Source of the DNA: Zancudomyces culisetae HAW-14-8
Lineage: Eukaryota > Fungi > Kickxellomycota
Assembly: GCA_052426225.1 (NCBI GenBank)
Contig: JBNJNM010000011.1
Location: 2,976,001-3,040,000, forward strand
DNA length: 64,000 nucleotides
Direction of reading: 5' to 3'
In this document: piece after piece, positions 59,524 through 64,000 of the stretch
Layout of the letters: every line of letters begins with the position of its first letter
Position numbering within the stretch: the stretch's first letter is position 1
The notes under the pieces: generated by a model
Database searches by the model: none
What the model saw: the letters and a program-made list of their open reading frames with translations, nothing else
What the model was told of the DNA's origin: nothing
Made by a program: the position numbers and the translations under genes

Positions 59524-61179
59524 ATGCTGCGAAGGATACAAATCACGCCAAGAAAGATACAGGCTATCCAAAGGCTCATCGTGACATCAAAGCACCACTA
59601 CAGCGACAAAAAATCCGATTCAGATAACGGTGCAGCGGACGAATCTCTAAACAAAAACAAGCCAGGGGCGGCACCTGTTGGTGGAATTGGTGGTAATTTC
59701 GGCGGATTAGCAAGCAAAATCCTCGCTCAACAAACTGGGCAGCCAGAGCCAGAACAGAAACCAGAACCAGAGTCGCAGCAGAATAAACAAGAAGATGAGG
59801 CAAAATCAGAAGAGCCCAAGGCGACCACAGCAGAGGAAAGGCGTAGAGCACGAAGACTTAAAGCGAGCAATTCCGAAAAGTACACAAAGAAGGGCTCAGC
59901 ATTGTCTTCGGGTCTTGATTTTTTGGGATTCAAGGGGAAGGGAATCATTGATCAGCATAGTAAAAAAATAATGTACTGGGGATTAATTATTGGACTGCTC
60001 CTTGGAGCATTTGGATATTATGGAAGCCCGTATACTGACCAAGAAATCGATGAGATGGGATTAAAGGATGACGAGGAAGATAAAGATAGCAACCAGGTGG
60101 TGGTAATGTCAAAGCGGATATACAATAGAATGAAAGAGTCAACCAAAGTGCTGACAGAACCACCAAGCACAAAGTTACTTCCAGATCTTGTGGATATGAC
60201 GAATGGACAATCAGGAGGGGCAGAGGCAGGCCAAGATCAGCAGCAAGGGCCACCACAGTATACTTTGGTGGTAAGTTTGGATGATTTGTTGGTTCATACT
60301 GCATGGGACAAAGAGTATGGATGGAGAATAGCTAAGCGTCCATTTTTGGAGCAGTTTTTGGCGTACATGGCATCAATGTACGAGGTGGTAATCTTTTCAG
60401 ACCAACCACAATTCAGTGGAGAGGCAGTGATAGCAAAGATAGATCCATACGGATACAGCCCATACCGACTGTATAAAGAACACATGAGACATATCAAGGG
60501 AGCCAATTATAAGGATTTGTCATTGCTGAACCGTGATATGAGCAAAGTGATATTTTTGGATATTATGGGTAATGAAAAGGATGATAGTCAGTTGTCGTTG
60601 CAACCAGATAACACATTGGCAATCCGACCATTTAACAACCCAGATCCAAAGGACAATGAGTTGGCCAGAATCATTCCGTTATTCGAATATATATACATGA
60701 CCGAGCCATCAGATGTCCGTAAGGCACTTAAGCAATTTGTGATTTCCGCAGACAAGAACATGGACTCAGCACAGAAATATACCGAATGGGAAGAGGCCTT
60801 TGTTAAGCAATTGGCCAGCAACTGGTATGAAAAGAATAACATCAATCCAAATGCTGTAAATGAGGTACAATCCCAGGAATTGCAACAGCCACAGCAACGA
60901 CAACAGTCCTGGATAAGCTATTTGTTGTTTGGCGAGAGCAATGCTGGAGCCAAAGCGGATACCAAATCAGCTGCATCAAACACTCCACCAACACCCAACT
61001 TTATTGTTATGCGTAACCGAATGCGGAAAAACTTCCAACAACAATACAAAAAGATGATTGCGTTGATAAAGGCCGAAATGGAGAAACAAGAACAAGAAAA
61101 CTTGAAGACCATGAAGGAATCTACAATGCTGTCGATGGCACAGGACCTGATGAATGGGCCTGGACCACAGCAAAATTAA
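59524..61179 (+). CDS. TIM50: Mitochondrial import translocase subunit Tim50
   Basis: Presequence, one TM helix, EPPSTKLLPD, YTLVVSLDDLLVH..GWRIAKRP, KDLSLLNRD (FCP1-like domain). Confidence 0.95.
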   Translation: MLRRIQITPRKIQAIQRLIVTSKHHYSDKKSDSDNGAADESLNKNKPGAAPVGGIGGNFGGLASKILAQQTGQPEPEQKPEPESQQNKQEDEAKSEEPKATTAEERRRARRLKASNSEKYTKKGSALSSGLDFLGFKGKGIIDQHSKKIMYWGLIIGLLLGAFGYYGSPYTDQEIDEMGLKDDEEDKDSNQVVVMSKRIYNRMKESTKVLTEPPSTKLLPDLVDMTNGQSGGAEAGQDQQQGPPQYTLVVSLDDLLVHTAWDKEYGWRIAKRPFLEQFLAYMASMYEVVIFSDQPQFSGEAVIAKIDPYGYSPYRLYKEHMRHIKGANYKDLSLLNRDMSKVIFLDIMGNEKDDSQLSLQPDNTLAIRPFNNPDPKDNELARIIPLFEYIYMTEPSDVRKALKQFVISADKNMDSAQKYTEWEEAFVKQLASNWYEKNNINPNAVNEVQSQELQQPQQRQQSWISYLLFGESNAGAKADTKSAASNTPPTPNFIVMRNRMRKNFQQQYKKMIALIKAEMEKQEQENLKTMKESTMLSMAQDLMNGPGPQQN

Positions 61180-61448
61180 TCAAACTACTCTATCTCTCTT
61201 TTCATACACAAAAGATAAATAATTAAGCTTAATATTACTATTTCATCCATTTCTTTAGTTTGTCTATACCTTCTAAATACTAGTAAAAAAATAAAAAACA
61301 AAAGTTGTCTATACATCTACCATGAATAAAGAGATCCTTTTTTTGTTTTGTTTTGTCTTGTTTTTCTGTTGCTTCGCCTTGGTTAGCTTTACTCCAAAGG
61401 AGCGAGGAGGGGAAGGGGGGGGTGAGCATTGGAACCTCATTCCGAGTT

Positions 61449-61706
61449 TTATTTCATTGTGGTAATGTTGGTAATACTTCCGCTCTGGATGTACTTTTCG
61501 TATTTACGCTTTCCCATGCGTAGCAAATAGCCAATTGCGTCTATCTCACCACGCTTGATCCCAAGATTCTTTCGAAATTCCATTCTAACTCGGTCAGTCA
61601 ATTTAGTTCGCAATTCGACAGATTCAACTCGTTGTGCTGATCGTATACAGTTTCTGTACAATGCTAGGACTTCTTTTTGCAATCCCGAATAATGTCTCTG
61701 GGCCAT
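61449..61706 (-). CDS. SDH6: Succinate dehydrogenase assembly factor 1 (LYR protein)
   Basis: SGLQKEVLALYRNCIR..EF..IGYLLRMGKRK matches the Sdh6/SDHAF1 pattern. Confidence 0.88.
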   Translation of the reverse strand: MAQRHYSGLQKEVLALYRNCIRSAQRVESVELRTKLTDRVRMEFRKNLGIKRGEIDAIGYLLRMGKRKYEKYIQSGSITNITTMK

Positions 61707-62966
61707 TTTTGCAAAAGTTAGATTTGGAAAACTGGTTGATAAGTAATGAATATATGAGTGTTCAAATATAAAGAGAGTAGTACAAAATGGAAAATTTCAC
61801 AACAGCTCGCAAACTGTTCAAATTGATAATTTAGATGTAAACAAAGTATATGCGCATAAAAGATAGATTATGTATTTATTATTTATTCGTTGGTTTTTAA
61901 TTTTGATTTTTGATATTTGATTATTTTGGTGATTAAAATGTTAATAAACAGGTGTAAAAATCAGCAGCATTTGAAAATCGCAGAAAAAACCAAGAAAAAA
62001 AAAATAGAGATAATGTAATGATAATATCTGTTGATTGTGTACCAAACAAACAATCTCGATTCAACTTGAATGATATGAGTATGGTATGTAATCCATTCCG
62101 AAATACAACTTATATACGATGACAACAAAAAAAATTTATGCAAGTAAGAGTCAATACAACGGGAGCAATGCAATGTACAAAACAGTTTTTACGTGGAGAA
62201 ACTCAAGTGCGACGTATATTGTACATAGTTTTTATTTTTTAAAAAGTTTATTCAGTAGTAGAGAATTCAAGTGTGAAAAAAGGAAACAAAAGAGGGAAAA
62301 ATCACTACACTAAATATCAAAAATAACCAGGTTCGACATTCTATTATCATGAATCAGAAAATATTGTTTAGTATATATCTTTTTTTACCCGTAAAAGTAA
62401 GAGAAAAAGTATTTATTTTCGTCAGAAAGAATTTGATTCTATTAGGCAATAATAATATGTTTCTTCCGCATATATACCACACAATGGTATAATCGGAACA
62501 GGTCTGAATATGATGTTCATCATTTGTAGTGAAATTAATCTTCCATATCAACTAGCACTCTCTATCTTTTACTTGTTGACAAAGAGGCAGTGAAAGGAAA
62601 CTTAAAAAAAAAAGATATAGCAATAATTGCATTACTTACACCTTAGCGAGCACTAGAGAACCGAGTCTTAACAGAGTAATTTTTCTTGCATATTCATACT
62701 TGACACTGACTTTATTTCTGATACTTAAAAAGGAAAAGTTTTAATCGCTACGACTTTGCCTTTTAAATAAATCGAAAAAATATTTAATAAAAAATTTTCT
62801 AAACTAAAAAAATTTTTTTTTCATTCTCCCTTTTCCTCTTCATCCCCCCCCCTCTCTTCCCCACTTTTCCTTTCCTCTCCTCCTCTCACACAATTTTTAT
62901 CCTTTTTTTACTTTTTATTTAATTTTTTTTTTTTACAAATAACAAACAGTTATGTCAGTATAATTA

Positions 62967-64000
62967 TTATTTAGTGGTTGGAAACATATCGTCCAATGAT
63001 ATAAGCGATTTATGTTTTACCCACAAATTGTTGGACTCCGATGCAAGTTGGTGTCCATCATCATCCAATAGTGACCTGCCTACAGTAGCGCTCATGGAAG
63101 TGTTTCTAGTTCCAACATCAACACCAACATTAACACCAACACCAAGTCCAGTATCGATGTTGGTATTAGAATTGACATTGGCATTGACATTACCATGAGT
63201 ATTGGTTGTTGCTGCTGTTATTGGAATTGATTGAAAATCACCCCAATCATCCTCATCATTATTCTTTTGTACACACCCAGTCGTATCTTCAGTTTTAGAT
63301 TTGCTATTTCCCAAACTTTCCCAAGGATCTTCATCTAACAAGGTGTTTTTAATGTTTTTTTGGGGGCTTTTATATACGCTTGGGTTGGTACTAGTGTTGC
63401 TATTACTATTAGCTGTATCATCAAAGAGCAGCAAGTCATCAACTGGGCTCGTACCCGTGGATTGCGGTTCTGTCTCTGGTTCATATCGCTCTGGCTGTTT
63501 GCCATTATTATATGTATTCCTGTGTATACTACTGATCTTACTACTGGCCGTATGTGTTTCAAATCTATTAGTATCGCTGGTATGTTCATAACTTGTCGTT
63601 CTGGCATTTGTTTTTGGAATTGAACCTTTGATATTATAGCCACCACTACTTCGACTGCCACCACCACTGCCGCCATTACTATTGCTAGTATTACTACCGA
63701 TACCACTACCAAATCCACTCGAAAGCGACTCTGAACCAACACCCTTGTATTTATTACGGTTCTCAATTGCCTTCTTGCGTTCCTCTTGTAAAAGCGGGTT
63801 GTTGGCCAACAAATCAACAATTTGTTTAGACAACACCCTTACTATTTACCAGACATGAGAAGATAATATATAAAATGTTTTAAACTTGCTAATATGTTAA
63901 ATAGAAAAAGAGTTTTTATTAAATAAAAAAAAGATAATAAAACGAACAGAGAAAGACGTACCATTAACACCTCTATCGGTTTCATTTTCTTCTAAAAATT
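62967..64000 (-). CDS. ENT3: Epsin-related ENTH protein (Ent3/epsinR), 3' part
   Basis: ENETDRGVN/VRVLSKQIVDLL..LQEERKKAIENRNKY (end of ENTH), DLLLFD and DDWGDFQS adaptor-binding motifs. The gene continues past the window end. Confidence 0.85.

Overview
AT-rich, intron-containing eukaryotic DNA with a fungal gene set. It looks like an early-diverging fungus (Kickxellomycotina/Harpellales-like); that assignment is inference from composition and gene style only. Genes in order: partial PDK/BCKDK-type mitochondrial kinase, VMA12/TMEM199, an orphan secreted protein, RIM15-like kinase, long-chain acyl-CoA synthetase, second copies of VMA12 and the kinase, NNF1, DCP2, ERG28, YRB1, a Pop8/Rpp14-like RNase P subunit, a fungal transcription-factor-domain protein, SEC11, a lipid-anchored orphan, MOB4/phocein, an orphan multi-exon gene, ATG2, TIM50, SDH6 and the 3' part of ENT3/epsinR. 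The dominant structure is a gene-containing inverted repeat of at least 4.2 kb (1-4229 versus 19697-23956, about 99% identical, differences concentrated towards the inner ends). It brackets a unique 15.5 kb block carrying RIM15, the acyl-CoA synthetase and the secreted orphan. This could be an invertible segment, a heterozygous inversion or a gene-conversion palindrome. The duplicated kinase lacks the N-box Glu, and Rim15 has an unusually short activation segment and a receiver domain that keeps its Asp. Most long intergenic gaps appear to be frameshifted, deletion-compacted relics of Ty3/gypsy, non-LTR and possibly hAT elements. All exon structures, alignments and transposon motif calls were made by eye.
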